In this document: piece after piece, positions 47,617-61,200 of the stretch | How the letters are laid out: each line of letters begins with the position of its first letter | How positions within the stretch are numbered: the first letter of the stretch is position 1 | Assembly (NCBI GenBank): GCA_009602735.1 | Contig: WELA01003606.1 | Location: 717,602-781,601 of the forward strand | Direction: 5' to 3' | Length of the DNA: 64,000 bases | Source: Mesotaenium endlicherianum | Lineage: Eukaryota | Notes under the pieces: generated by a model | Told to the model about the DNA's origin: nothing | Databases searched by the model: none | Seen by the model: the letters and a program-made list of their open reading frames with translations, nothing else | Program-made: the position numbers and the translations under genes

Positions 47617-50600
47617 TGTTGTGGAACAGATAGATAACGTACTTAGTGAAATATAATACTTTATCTATTCAAGACAAGGATCTTTACACACAAGTGGTAG
47701 CTTCTTGAAAGAGAGATGGCTTCTTGAAAGTTAATATATTTCTAAGAAGGTGTATGTTGATGTGTTGGCACCCAACACATCCCAAAACTTGCCACCTCTT
47801 TCTAGAATAATGTACACATGTCCTTTTGACCTAAAAATGGCACATTTGATTTTTGCCACGTGGAGTTCTTCTAGGTCTTTCCTCTAACTTCGAAAATGCC
47901 TTAGAAGGTTCAAAGGACATGAACCAAGTCACTAGAGTACCTATTCACACTTGAATCCACACAATACTACTCCAAATATATTTGAAAACATTAAAACATA
48001 TGCAAACTAATATATTATAACCCAAATCACTACATCACCCCCCCGCCAGAAAAAGCGACGTCTCGGCGTGTCAAGTCAGGTCTTACACATGTGGAGCAGA
48101 CTAGTCAACAGCTTCAAGTTAGATGCCACACATGTGAAGAGGATTAGTCCAAGGCGCCAAGTCGGGTGCTACACATGTAAGGTAGACTAGGCAAGGTCGT
48201 GGGTGGTGTGACCTTATTGGCTAGCCTACTCCTTGATGATAATGAAAATTGTACAAGTTGGCCCAAAATTTGCCACAAATTCAAAAATTCATAGCATCCA
48301 CAGAATTGCTCCAAATTTGAAACTTTGAGTGCCAAATGGACCGCGTCAAAAAACTCTACCAAGTCACCAAATTTGAGAGCATTCAAACTTTTGGAGTGTT
48401 GTTGAGAGCTGAGAGAGTAGGCACTCCTCCAAATACGTTCAGAATCTTCTCAGAATCTGAAGTCCTATACTTGTCCAAATTCTGCAAAGTAAGTCTCAAA
48501 ATGGGCGCAGTAAGATATTCTACCAGGATCTTGAATTTTAGAGCATTCCAAGTTCAGGAGAGGGCACAATGTCAAAAGGCATATTCTGCCCTAATAATGC
48601 CCGCAGCCTGACCCCTTGCTACTTAGAGCATCATATCTCTCTCACCTGTGCTCCAATATTGAGCACACTTGGACTCCAAATGATCGGCTACTCATGGACT
48701 ATAGCCAAGTATATTTTTAAAAATTATTATGCAGAGACCTATCACCAGTATCAATTTTAGTTTTCTGTCCAGAAACTGCGAGAAGAGAAGAGTATCTAAT
48801 GTCAATTTTTCCTCTTTCTTGTTCTTGCAGGCTGCCTCCAATGGGTCTTTTGCTGCTTCTTGATGGTGGCAGGCTGCCTCCCTGAAGTCTTTGGGCTTCT
48901 TGTAGAGAGACTTGGGGCTGGTCCAAGATGGGGGTTGGCGGCATGGAAGCGCTTCAACTTTCTCCGAACTTTGTCAAGGTAGTGCGCCGCCACGCAACTA
49001 TTCTCAGAATTTCGATATCCTTTCCACTTGATCAAGTATTGCTGCTGTCTCTTGAAATTTCTCGTAACCACTATATCTTCCACTTTGTACTCCAAATGAT
49101 CATCCACTATTGTTGGGGCTGGTGGGGTTGTCACACGTCCTAGGAACTTGTTGTCAGGTCGCACATATGGCTTGAAGAGGGAAGCGTGAAATACGGGTTC
49201 GATGTGCATAGTCTGGGGAAGATCTAGCTTGAAAGCAACGGGGTTGACTTGCTGGATAATCTTGAAGGGTTCCAAATACTTGGGACGAAATCGCTGTCGA
49301 CAGGCCTGTTGTTCAAGGAAATATTCTTGGATGATAGTAACACGTTGTCACCCACTATGTACGTAATTCCTCTCCTGGATCTGTTTGCCACTCTTGCTTG
49401 AGCATCTTGTGCGTGTTGTAAAGCTTTCTTGGCTGCTGCAAGGGCTGCTTCTAATGTTTCCAAAATATTTGTGGCTCCAGGTACTTCATCATGGCCAGTG
49501 AAGCTCAGCGGCGTGGTTGGATGGAAGCCATAGTTGAGGAAGAATGGGGACTCTTGGGTAGAGGCCTGCGTCGTGTTGTTGTAGGCAAACTCTAGGGGGT
49601 TCAAGTATATGTCCCAATCTTGCTCTAGAGTAGACACGTAGGCCTTTAGTGAGGTCCTTAGGGTATGATTCTTACGCTCGTTTTGCCCATCTAATTGCGG
49701 GTGGTAGGCAGTGGACATATCCAGTGATGTACCCAAGTTCTTGAAGAGATTTTTCCAAAAATGGCTTGTGAATCTTGGATCTCTATCTGACACAATTCTT
49801 GATGGTAGTCCATGGAGTCGGAAGATGTTGTCAAAGATGAGTCTTGCAAGTTGTGGTGCTGTAGCCTTAGTCGTTGTGGGAATAAAATGAGCCATCTTGG
49901 TAAGTCTGTCCACCACCGTAAGTATTGCATTATGACCTCGAGGAGTCACGGGCTGGTCCACGATAAGGTCCATTGAGATGTCCGTCTATTGTCTTACAGG
50001 GATTGGTAGTGGTTGGAGGAGTCCTCTCGCCTTCTGCGATGATGGCTTGATTCTTTGGCATATGTCACAGTTCCTGCAGTACTCCTTGACTTGCTTAGAC
50101 ATGCCTGGCCAACAATAAGTCCTACGTGGTGACCAGTACCTTGCGTCCTTCACCGTAGCAGTGTCAAACCTTCAAGGCATGTATGATCGCCAATGCCTCT
50201 CGCTCCGTGGTTGTATAATTTTGCTCGGCTGGATTTAGCTTCCTTGACTCGTAGGCAATGGGCTGCAGTCCCTTGCCTTGGTCTTGAAGTAGGATTGCTC
50301 CAATTGCATAGGAAGATGCATCGGTGATGACGTGGAAGGGCCAATCTGGGTTTGGACTTGGGAGTGTGAGCACCGGGGATGTCGTCAGTTTTTGCTTCAG
50401 TTGTTGGAATGCTCCCTCCTCTTTCTTGGTCCAAACATATGGCTTGTCCTTCTTGAGTAGATTCGTGAGAGGGGTTGCTATGTGCAAAAAGGTCTGGATG
50501 AATCTCCTGTACCAATTGGCAAATCCCATGAATGATTGGAGTTCTTTCTTGGTCGTGGGGATTTGTAATGAATCAGTACATTGGTTAATATAATATTCAT

Positions 50601-51310
50601 TTAATTATAACAGTTGAATAAGTTCAGCCTGCTGAACCCTAGTAAATAATCAGTCTGCTGGACTTTATATTTAATGTCAGTTTAATGACTCAGCCGAAAG
50701 CAGCAGGCTGAAGTCAACTTAAGTCAGCTTGCTCACACATTCTTTGACAGCCAGCTGACTTCCGTACTCGGTAGCAGCGAACTGCCTCGATATGCATCTA
50801 AGTGTGGTATGCTAGATGAATGGCCAGATGACATCCCTATGATGGATGGCGATAATGGAAGATGGCGGTGGATTTGGTTAACCGAGGTCCTGCCAACGTG
50901 GTTAACTCCCGGGTAGGCGGTGCCATCGCACTGGCCGTTGAACAGTAAACTCATTCCATGCACATATGCTAGGCATTGCTCTCGAGTTCGGCATTTGGAA
51001 ACGAGGCCAACTCTCTTGTACAGCATACTGAGAGAAATCTGAATCCAAGGCAAGAAGCCATTGATACGCAATGTCTTCTAATCTTGCTTATGTATGAGTT
51101 TACGGAGTGCATTATTGATGCTAGTTTACTCGCATTTGATTTACGAGTGTTGTCCACTGCTGGTGTGTTGTCCTTTTGCCGTTTCATCAATTAACGAAAA
51201 ATTCATAAAGATTACTTGCTGATATAAACATCTTTATTAGTTGTTAATCGCCTATTTCGTAAGTCAATTCATTTCAATGGTATCGGAGCAGTTATCACGG
51301 TCTTCTTTGT

Positions 51311-54300
51311 ATGGTAAGGACAAGGTCTCAAATTAGCAACTTTCGAGACATAGAAAACCAGGATAACGAGAATGTCAAAAACCAAGCGGAAAGCCATGTA
51401 GCGGGAACCCGTACCTATTCTGAAGTAGTGGCAGATACTGCAACTAGAGAGGCTGCAGGATGAGGCAGCTGCTATTGCCGCAGTTGCAACACAGCAAGTT
51501 GAGGAGCAGAGAGCCAGATTAGAAGCTGAACAATTAGCAAAGGCCGCTGAAGATACAGAAAGGAGGGAAGGACAGTCAGCTGACGAGCGCACTGTTGAAG
51601 AACTTATGGCATCAAGGGCCAATGTTCTGAACCCACCTCCTGCTGTACAACTCAATGTACCCCTAGGTCAAATACGTGACCGGCTGAATGCGGCAGGAAT
51701 TGCTGCTGCAGGAGCGAGAGGGAGTATTGAGGACACTACTCAGCGAGTAGATGCTAATGCTGCTGCTGCATTTGCTAGACTACCACCCCAGACTGTAGAC
51801 TTGGGAGCTTTGTTCGTTCAAATGCAGTCGCAAATGGCGACCATGTATCAGTCCCAACAGAAGGACAAAAGAATCATAATGTCTCTACTGCGGGACAGAG
51901 ACCAATTGGGGTCTCAAACCACTAGTGGTGGTGGACGAGGGCCTAGTAAGCCCAAGCCGAAACCTCCCCAGGAATATGATCCTAAGGGAAACAGAAAATA
52001 TTACCTGATCAAGTTTCTCGCGGATGTTGAGCAGTGGCTGGAGAACTACCCAAAACTGCAAGATTACGAGAAGGTCAGGCACACGAGTGCGCTACTGAAA
52101 GGCAATGCCGCAGACTGGTGGCTTTATTGGAAAGGAGAGCGTAAGGCTCGGCAACTCGGTGACCCTACGTGGGTAGAGTTTGTCGAGAAGTTGCATGAGA
52201 AGTTTGATGTCATCAACCAGCAGGAGAAAGCTAGCTATGCGATGATCTCCCTCACACTGAAGTAGACCACTTCAGTTGCTGAGTTTGCTCAAAAGTTCCA
52301 GGAGAACATGATGAAATAGCCAGACTTGCCTGAATGGTATAGGATAGCATACTTCAAATATGGCTTGAAATCCGAAGTCTCTGGTCATTTTGCTGAGAAG
52401 AAGTATGAGAAACTGGCTGACTTGATCCAGGATGCTGACGCCTGGGATCAGCAGCAGTTCAATCACAAGCGCCAGAGTAATGCTTTGGTGTCTAAGATTG
52501 TCAAAAACCCCACGGTTCCTACAATGCAATTGAAGGAGAGCAGGCTGAGGATGATCAGGGTGATGGATATGAGTATGAGTGTAATGCCATACAGTCTAGA
52601 GGTAGAGGTGGTTTCCCTCGAGGCGGCTATGGAAGAGGTGGTGGTAGGACTCAGCCGAGACCAGCCTCAGCAAAATCGATTAGCTTCCATTGCCAGCAGC
52701 CAGGTCACTTCAGAGAGCACTTACCAGACAAGCACCTCCCAAAAGTCGAGAGAAAAGACCAGCCTTTAAAAGACAGCAACAGTCAAAAATCCAGTCTACT
52801 GACTGTGAGGATGCTAGAGATAGTGAGTCGTCACTAGCTGCCCTCGTAGCAGGTACTATGGGTCCTGCTGAACTGGATTCACTATGCATGCTTGATAACC
52901 AGATATAGGAGACCATCAGCAATATAGACACCCAGAAAGTGCACCCTGTGGATGCTCTTGTTCCACCTGATGTCCAACATTTCTTTGCTAAGTCAGGAGG
53001 ACAATGCGAAAGTCAAGAAAAGACAGTCCCCCCTATCCTACTGCATTGCATGATTGCAGGTAGGAAGGTGAGGGCATTTATTGACGGGGGGGCGTCCTAT
53101 ACTTTTATCCACAAGGACTTAGTTAAGCGGCTAAGGCTGCCTACTGTCACCCAAGGGAATAGAAAAATATTCCTTGGAGATGCCTCAAGTATCCCGGGAG
53201 GAGTTTTAACCAAGCCTATTCAGGTCCAGTTAGGTTCTGGCATTGCAGTTCTAACTGAAACGCTTACATTTGAGGTACTCAACACTGGCTTTTATGATCT
53301 CGTGCTAGGCAAGTCCCCGCTTAATAGACATCAAGCTGAAGTGTGTTCGAGCAGAGGTACAGTTGAAGTGAGAGGAGCCAGTGATGGGCAGACTGACTTG
53401 GCACCCACCAGTGCTCTTCCTCTTGTCCTGTGTGGATGGCAAATGAAGGAAAAGAAGAGGCTTCCAGAAGGATGCAAGTTGCTGAATGCAATGGAGTTCG
53501 TCAAAAGCTGGAACCAGAAGGAAGATAGAATGTTCTGTCTGCTGCTAAGAGAGGTACCTCCTCAACCTGAAGAAGTGGTTGAGAAAAAGGTAAGCCCTCC
53601 GGAGCACCCTACTGTTGCAAAAATTGTTGCTCAGTACACGGATGTGTTTAATATGCCTCCAGAACTACCCCCTAAGAGGGAAGTAGATCATAGGATTGAT
53701 TTATTACCTGGGAGTTAGCCACCCTGGCAACGCACTTATGGCTTGTCTTATGGGGAGAGCGAGGAGTTGAAAACACAGATTGCAGAGCTAGAGGAAAATG
53801 GTTATATTTCTCCCAGTAAATCATCGTACGGCGCACCCATCCTCTTTGTTAAGAAAAAGGATGGCAGTATGCGGATGTGTGTGGATTACAGAGCCTTGAA
53901 CAGAATTACAATGAGGAACAAGTATGCTTTACCCAGAATCGAGGACTTGCTCGATACCCTGTCTGGTGCTATGGTGTTCAGTAAGATAGATCTCAAGAGT
54001 GGTTATCATCAAATCAGAATTGCTGAGGGAGATGAATACAAGACTGCCTTCCGCACACGTTATGGACACTATGAGTTCAACGTGATGCCATTTGGAGTGA
54101 CAAATGCTCCTGCGACCTTCATGGGTGCTATGAATGACATTTTCAGGCCTTACTTGGATAAATTTGTGCAAGTTTTTGTGGATGATATTTTAATTTTCTC
54201 TAAAGATGAGACTCAGCTCGCTGAACACTTAAAGACAGTCATGGACACTCTGAGAAGAAATCAGTTATATGCTAAAATGAGCAAGTGTGATTTCTATAAG

Positions 54301-54728
54301 GAAAGTATTGAATTCTTAGGCCACGTTGTCAGTGTAGAGGGCATCAGTGTGGACCCTAAGAAAGTCCAGACCATAAGGGACTGGCCAGTACCACAGTCTG
54401 TCTCTGAAGTTAGATCCTTCCTCGGGTTGGCTAACTACTATAGGAGATTTATTGAGAATTATTCCACAAAGGCCAGTAAATTGACTGACCTTACTAAGAA
54501 AGACATCGGGTATGTGTGGGGGGAAGAGCAGCAGGCTGCCTTCCAGACCCTTAAAGATGCCCTTTGTTCTGCCCCAGTGCTAGCCGTGTATGACCCCAGC
54601 AAACCGGTGCAGGTGGTTACTGATGCCTCTGAGTTTGCCATGGGTGCTATTTTCTTGCAGCCTGCTGACAAAACCACAAAGGATGGTAAGGTACGGCAGG
54701 AGTGGCATCCTGTGTTGTACGAGTCTAT
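51311..54728 (+). pseudogene. gag-pol of B2 (gag, protease, RT, start of RNase H); integrase missing
   Basis: LLKGNAADWW; degenerate knuckle [42 protein letters not shown]; homology ends at HPVLYES; several stops. Confidence 0.92.
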
Positions 54729-54759
54729 CAATTCCTGGTATCTGGGGGGAAGATAGGGT

Positions 54760-55854
54760 CATTAGGATGATCCCCATGGACGCGGACAGCTTTAAGGACT
54801 CTACACACCATAACAGGTTCAAGGCCATGTATAATGAGGTGGAGAGAAGGAGCTGGGAATTCTTGGCCAGGGAAACCAGTCAGCTGAACTTTGCAGGGCA
54901 CTGGTACCCTTGTACTCTTAAAAGGACAGACCCTGCCTTTTTCCAAAAGCCCACCGATTGGCGATGGATGACCATCAACAACAGGGACCAGCAGAATGAT
55001 AGGGCGACGGATGAAGATTTCCTAACAAAAAGGGGAACATAGTATTGCCCCCTCACATTGCGGCTTGGGACCCAAGATTGGATGGAGTCAGAGACTGCAT
55101 GAGCCAAGAAATGCAGGGGGAAAGAAGCAGGGCCCAAGAGTCATTCTCAAAAGGGAAGCACGCCTATGCCAAATGGGCAAACAAGCAGGGGGAAAAGGAC
55201 CTGTATGCGGTCCGGACTCAACAGCCCCCACCAGCACCCAAAAGGAGAAGGTCAGTGGGATATTCTTTTTCTCGGGAAGAATTGGAGCAGCTGATAGAAG
55301 AGACCCCAGAAGTCTCAGAGGAACTCGGGGACGGAGAGGAGGAGGAGTCAAAGGAAGACGAGGAGGAAGGCGAGGAGGAGGACACTAGCCCCGCCGTGAT
55401 CCTGACACCTGCCACATCCCCTGTAAGGGAGAAGACGGGGTTGGCCTTGCAACAACTTGCTGAAGAGGAGGATATCACTTGGCTCGGAACTGCCAGAGGA
55501 CAGAACCCATCTCCAGGCACGGAGACCCAGTCAGACAGGGCAGACAGGAGGGTTGCTAGAGAAATAGCCAGAGGCCTGCCGGCATCTCCCACGCAGAGAG
55601 GGCATGTACCCTTAGCTCATGTCATGCAACATCCTTCTGGGATGCCGGTATATGTACCAGTCAGTTTCAGGGATGCCCAGGAGAAGGCTGCCTCCATTCA
55701 GTTTCAGACCGTGCAGGAGGAAACCGCACAGTTACTGCGTTCTCCGCCGGGTCCCTACCCGGAACCTCCCTCTCTGACAGGCTTCAAAAGGCCCCAAGAC
55801 AGGAGGAGGACTGACTCCCCTGACCATAGGGCCCCAGGGGCATCTCCCTCCTAA
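54760..55854 (+). pseudogene. Extra acidic ORF of unknown function inside B2
   Basis: 269-aa open frame at 55045-55854 with an E-rich tract and a PKRRR motif, preceded by a protein-like frame ending at 55042. Confidence 0.5.
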
Positions 55855-58250
55855 GGGGCACAGCATGCTGGATGGGACTCCCATCATCCCAAATCGCCAT
55901 CCATCATAGGGATGTCATCTGGCCATTCATCTAGCATACCACACTTAGATGCATATCGAGGCAGTTCGTTGCTACCGAGTACAGAAGTCAGCTGGCTGTC
56001 AAAGAATGTGTCAGCAAGCTGACTTAAGTTGACTTCAGCCTGCTGCTTTTGGCTGAGTCATTAAATTGACATTAAATGTAAAGTCCAGCAAACTGATTGT
56101 TAACTAGGGTTCAGTAGGCTGAACTTATTTAACTGTTATATCTAAATGAATACTATATCAACCAATATACTGATTCATTACAGTCCCTCCAACTTAACAT
56201 GTTGTCGCCTCGACAACACTGACACAGGGTACCTAGGCTAGGCATTGCTCACGAGTTCGGCATTCGGAAACGAGGCCAACTCTCTTGTACAGCTTACTGA
56301 GAGAGATCTGAATCCAAGGCAAGAAGCCATTGATACGCACTGTCTTCTACCCTTGCTTATGTATGAGTTTACGGAGTGCATTATTGATGCTATTTTAATC
56401 GCATTTGATTTACGAGTGTTGTCCACTGCTAGTGTGTTGTCCTTTTGCCGTTTAATCAATTAATGGAAAATCCATAAAGATTACTTGCTGATCTATAGAT
56501 CTTTATTAATTGTTAATCGCCTATTTAGTAAGTCGATTCATTTCAGGGTTGGCCATTCCTCCACCACCGTGGTCTTCTTGGGGTCCATCTTGATGCCATC
56601 AGCAATCACGTGGAGACCTAGGAACTCCACTTCTTGTTTGGCAAACTCGCACTTTGATTCCTTTGCAAATAGCTTGTTTTGCTTCAATACTTCCAGGACT
56701 TCTTTCAAGTGTCTCGCATGCTCTTCAAGGGTCTTGCAATACATAAGGATGTCATCGATGAATACCACCACAAATCTGTCCAACATGGGCTAAAATATGT
56801 AGTTCATCATAGTCATGAAAGTTGCTGGCGCGTTGTCGAGAGTCCAAATGGCAGGACCATGAACTCAAAATGTCCATATCTTGACCTGAATGCCGTTTTC
56901 TCTATATCAGGTTCCGCAATGCAAATCTGGTGGTAGCCGCTTCTCAAGTCCACCTTCGTGAAGTACTTGGCTCCAACCAGCCGGTCCATGAGCTCATCCA
57001 TGCGCGGCAGCGGGTGTCGATTCTTGATGGTGATCTTGTTGAGGGCGCGATAGTCCACACACATCCTCAAGGTACCATCTTTCGTCTTGACAAATAGCAC
57101 CGGGGCTCCAAATGGCGACTTGCTAGGTGGAATGAAGCCATGCTCCAGTAGCTCCTTGATTTGCTTCTTGACTTCGTCTAGCTCCGTGTATGACATTTTG
57201 AACGTAGGCCGAGAGATGGGCTTGCTTCCGGGCTCCAACTCTATCTTGTGGTCTACGAATCTCTTGGGGGGTAGGCCCTTGGGCAATTCCGGGGAGAATA
57301 CTTGTTTGTAGTCCTTCAAGACTTCTTGTATCTCCTTGGGAACGGGGCTGCCTTCTTGACTCTCGTTGTCTTTCTTGATGTCTTTTGGCGTGATCAAGGC
57401 CAAAAGAAGCTCGTGTCCCTTCCTCACAAGTCTCTTGAGTTGGAGGGCGGACAATAGCATCTCGTGTGCCGGCTTCTTGATGTCTTGGGTCTGGATATTT
57501 TGGATTGCACGCAAAATACAAATTCTTGAAGAGATGTCATTCTTGATCTTGATTGTACCGTCTCTCCAATCAACTTAGGGGTTGTGCTTGGTCAACCAAA
57601 ACGTTCCTAGGATGACGTCGTACTTGCCCAATTGCATGGGGGAGAATACTACTCTATCCTTGAAGGACTTGATAGAGAGTGCCAAGGGGTACGTCTTCTT
57701 GGAAGGGGTAGTATAGGAGAATCCATCGGGCATCATAATCTCCTGGTCGTGGTCAAGAGTTCGCATGGTACTACCGTGCTTGGTGGCGAAATTTGCAGCG
57801 ATGAAGTTGCCTTGAGCTCCGCTATCCACCAAGATGTGGACCTTCTCTTCTCCAAGGTAATCTCTCAAACTCATTGGGCTGGAACGTCGTCTCCAACGGG
57901 GATCTCCACCTCACTTGGCTTGTTGCCTTCTCGTGAAGTGGGTCTTGGGGTGGTAGGCTCCTGGCCTACCGGCGCTGTCCGTTTTTTGACAACTTTTTGG
58001 GGCATGAGAGTGCACGTTGGCCCTTTTCCTTGCAATAAAAGCATAGTCCAGCCGTCATGAGAGCTTCTTCTTCAGCCGGGGAGAGTCTTGCTTTCACTCC
58101 TTGCTGGTTTCTTGCATCATAAGTGTCATTGGAGGGTCTTCCACTCCTGGCAGCCGCGGGGTCCCTTTTCCATGGGTGTGGGTTCAGATTCGGATGTGGA
58201 AGGGGCTGCGTACACTCGCGTCGCCGGTACCTGTGAAGATGAAGGCACGG

Positions 58251-61200
58251 TGAAAGGGGGAAGGGTGCGGGGAGTGCGCGCACACACACTCACGCACCCT
58301 CACCGCGAGTGGAAGCGTGCACGAGGACCTTTCCTAGTTGCATACACAAGGTGGAGTGGCCTGGTGGTATGCCATCCTTGCAAGAGTTAGAGGGCTACAT
58401 GAGAGAGGAGTGGAAAAAAACTCACTTTATTAAGAAAAGTCGTGTACAAGAAGGTTAGACTAGACAAACTAGACTAGACTCCCTCTACTTCTTTGTGCTT
58501 CCCATTTATGCTTTAACTCTAAGTGTCCTCTCTAGCAAAGTACCTCAAGAACCGTCTACTCCTTCCATGTAGGTGACCTTGCCTAGTTGGACAAGCTAGC
58601 ACACTCACACGCACGCAATCACACTCTAGAATATTCTACTACACAATCCACTAACTCCTCACGAAATTTCTAGAAATTCCACGATCACTTTGGCACTCTA
58701 CATAGTTTCTGGAACCCTCATGTTTCAATGTCCTACTTTCTGGACTCCAATCGGAATTGTCGTCACTGGACCTGTCCTTGTCACTAAATTGAACCTGTGA
58801 CACTAAAAATCCACTAAAAACTCTCAAAATTCATAACTTTCTCAATACTTGTCCAAATGACTTGAAATAAAGGCCAAAGTTCTTCTAAAATTACACTCTA
58901 TGCTTATAAAATGCTAGAAAGATACAAACTATACTTTGATAAGCTTACATCATCCCCCTCCTCAAGATGCGACGTCCTCGGCGCATACTAAGCATAAGTG
59001 ACGTCATATGAGGAATCGAGCTCACATATACTCTAGATAACTCACATACACATTTGCAGGTCTTGAGCAGGCTCCAGGATGATAGTCATTACTCCAAACT
59101 TGCTCCACTTAGTAAAAGCTCCATCGCATACATTGTCTCCACACATGGCGTCTCCTTACACAAGTGCATCTTCTCTTCAACTCCTTCGTCTTTGAATAGG
59201 CCAATATCTTCATGAGGGCTGTAACATACTCCCTCCATCATCTCCACATACTCCAAAGCTGGATAAAATGCATAATAGTCCGCCAAATCACCAAAATACT
59301 CATTCTTCGCCCTCGTGGACAAGTGGCAACTCCTCGTCGCGCCATGTGGCTTACTCGTGGTGCTCTTATAATTTTGACCAGATTACATCATGAACCTAAG
59401 TCCACTATGTTCTTGAACGTTCTGGTGCCCTTAGCTACCTCTAGCTCTAAGCCGTACTCCTTGTAGAGGTATTGCACTCTCTCACTCGTGTGCGTGACTC
59501 GTGGTGACCTCTCAAGACGCCAAGTGGCACCCCCCTGACTTTTTCTCACATTTTTAGCCTGAAAGTTGTGTAATCTACATATTGTCTCCCCTTTGAACTC
59601 ACTGGTATGCTTTGTTTCTCTTGGGTCCAAGCCTAAGACCATGATACCAGATTGCGCCTTGTCTCACACATGTGGCTCCCACGGCAGTCCAGCAGACCGC
59701 CATGTGGCACTGTCAGGACTTAAATTAATATTTTTATAAAAAATTTACTTTTTCTAAATTCAAACCCATAGGACTACCTCTCCACAAAATTTCAGAATCT
59801 GAATCTAAGTCTAACACTCAAACGAGATCGTCACTTTGTGCCTCACGCTCGTAGGACGCAGACGCGCGCAACATGGATAAAGCTCCCGCGCCTACAAATG
59901 GCACACGCTTAAACCCCTGATTCTGAAACTTGACTATGACTCAAGACAGGCCTCATACTAGGCCTCTCACATCATGTAGGACTTCTAGTGAAAATATTAC
60001 CCACTCTCTCCTAAGTAGGCAAAAAGTAGCCAAAATCTGCCAACTTTAAACCTCGCGCTCGCCTACCCGTAAAACCCTCAAACATAGACAGATTTGAGTA
60101 TCTTCCAAGCTCTTGCTCTCAAACTTCTTTCCACTTCACATCTCTTAGTTACAACTGAACTCATGGGACTGGTTTGACCTTGCTTACAAGCACTATAAAC
60201 AACTATAACACTCCCCCCCCTCATCATGAAGGTAAGGCGCTTACCACTCGAGTGTGCGAGTCCAGAATTCACGCCTCTCTCGTGCTTGCTTGTATAGGCG
60301 CTGATTCTCCTAGCTTCATGTCCAGGTCTTTGTCATATATCTCCAACTTAGGCAGGACATATCAGTCCCATAACACTTGGTCTCCTCCTCATAGGTCCAT
60401 ATCCATAAAGTCGTAGTCTCCATCAAGCGACGATAGTAATCTTCACAAGGCATGAGCGCGTAGTCTCGCTCGTGGTGCACCAAACTCCATCATAGTCTTC
60501 TCCTTGGCTAGATGCTCACTCCCACATACCTCTGGCTCTTCTTGAAGGTCAGCCTTCACACAAGGCTCCAAGAAACACATCTGGAACGCCTCCAAGAGCT
60601 CCATAACTTGGGCATACGCACATACTCTTAGTGCTTGCACCTCATCTTGTGCACGCACACACGTCGTCTTGCAAGCGGGCTTCTCTTGAGCTCACTTTCT
60701 AGGAGCTCCTCCACTTGAGCAGTTGGGGTCTGCTCTATATATGAGCAAGGGGATCATACACCTCTACTTGCTCCACCGGCGATGTACATTCGCCAAGGTT
60801 GTTAGGAGGCACGCTTGCTCCGTGTGATGACCGGGCCAAGGTCACCAAAACAAGCGCTTCTCCTTCACCTTCACCTTCCCGCGTCGCTTCTTTGCTAGCG
60901 GGCTGAAGATAGCTACTTGTGGTCATATCTACCTCCACCTATTTCACTATCCTCACTTGACCATACTCCTCCTCGGTCTTCACTTGACCCGTGCACTAAA
61001 GCACTAGAGGATAGGCTACTCTCTTTGTGCAACTCCTTCCACATGCTTAGCTTCTTGAGTGCACTCTAGCCTTGGTCACCCCAATGACACTTCTTACTAC
61101 TAAACCCAGCTTGCCTTGGTGCTCTACTTTCACATGAAGAGCTTCCATAGATGCACCAAAATCTGCCCCTTAACTATGCCATCACACAACTAATGGCACA

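Larger units (their letters stand above)
50564..56545 (+). mobile_element. Family-B Ty3/gypsy element (copy B2), rearranged, inserted in A2 pol
   Basis: 5' LTR 50564-51276; PBS 51278-51289; TSD GGATT/GGGTT; 3' LTR split, with one inverted half (55878-56182) and one direct half (56237-56545). Confidence 0.92.

Noticed and set aside
52765..52771. TTTAAAA slippery site in B2 between gag and protease
   Set aside because: It is in a suitable frame, but the copy has many random frameshifts and no clear stimulatory stem
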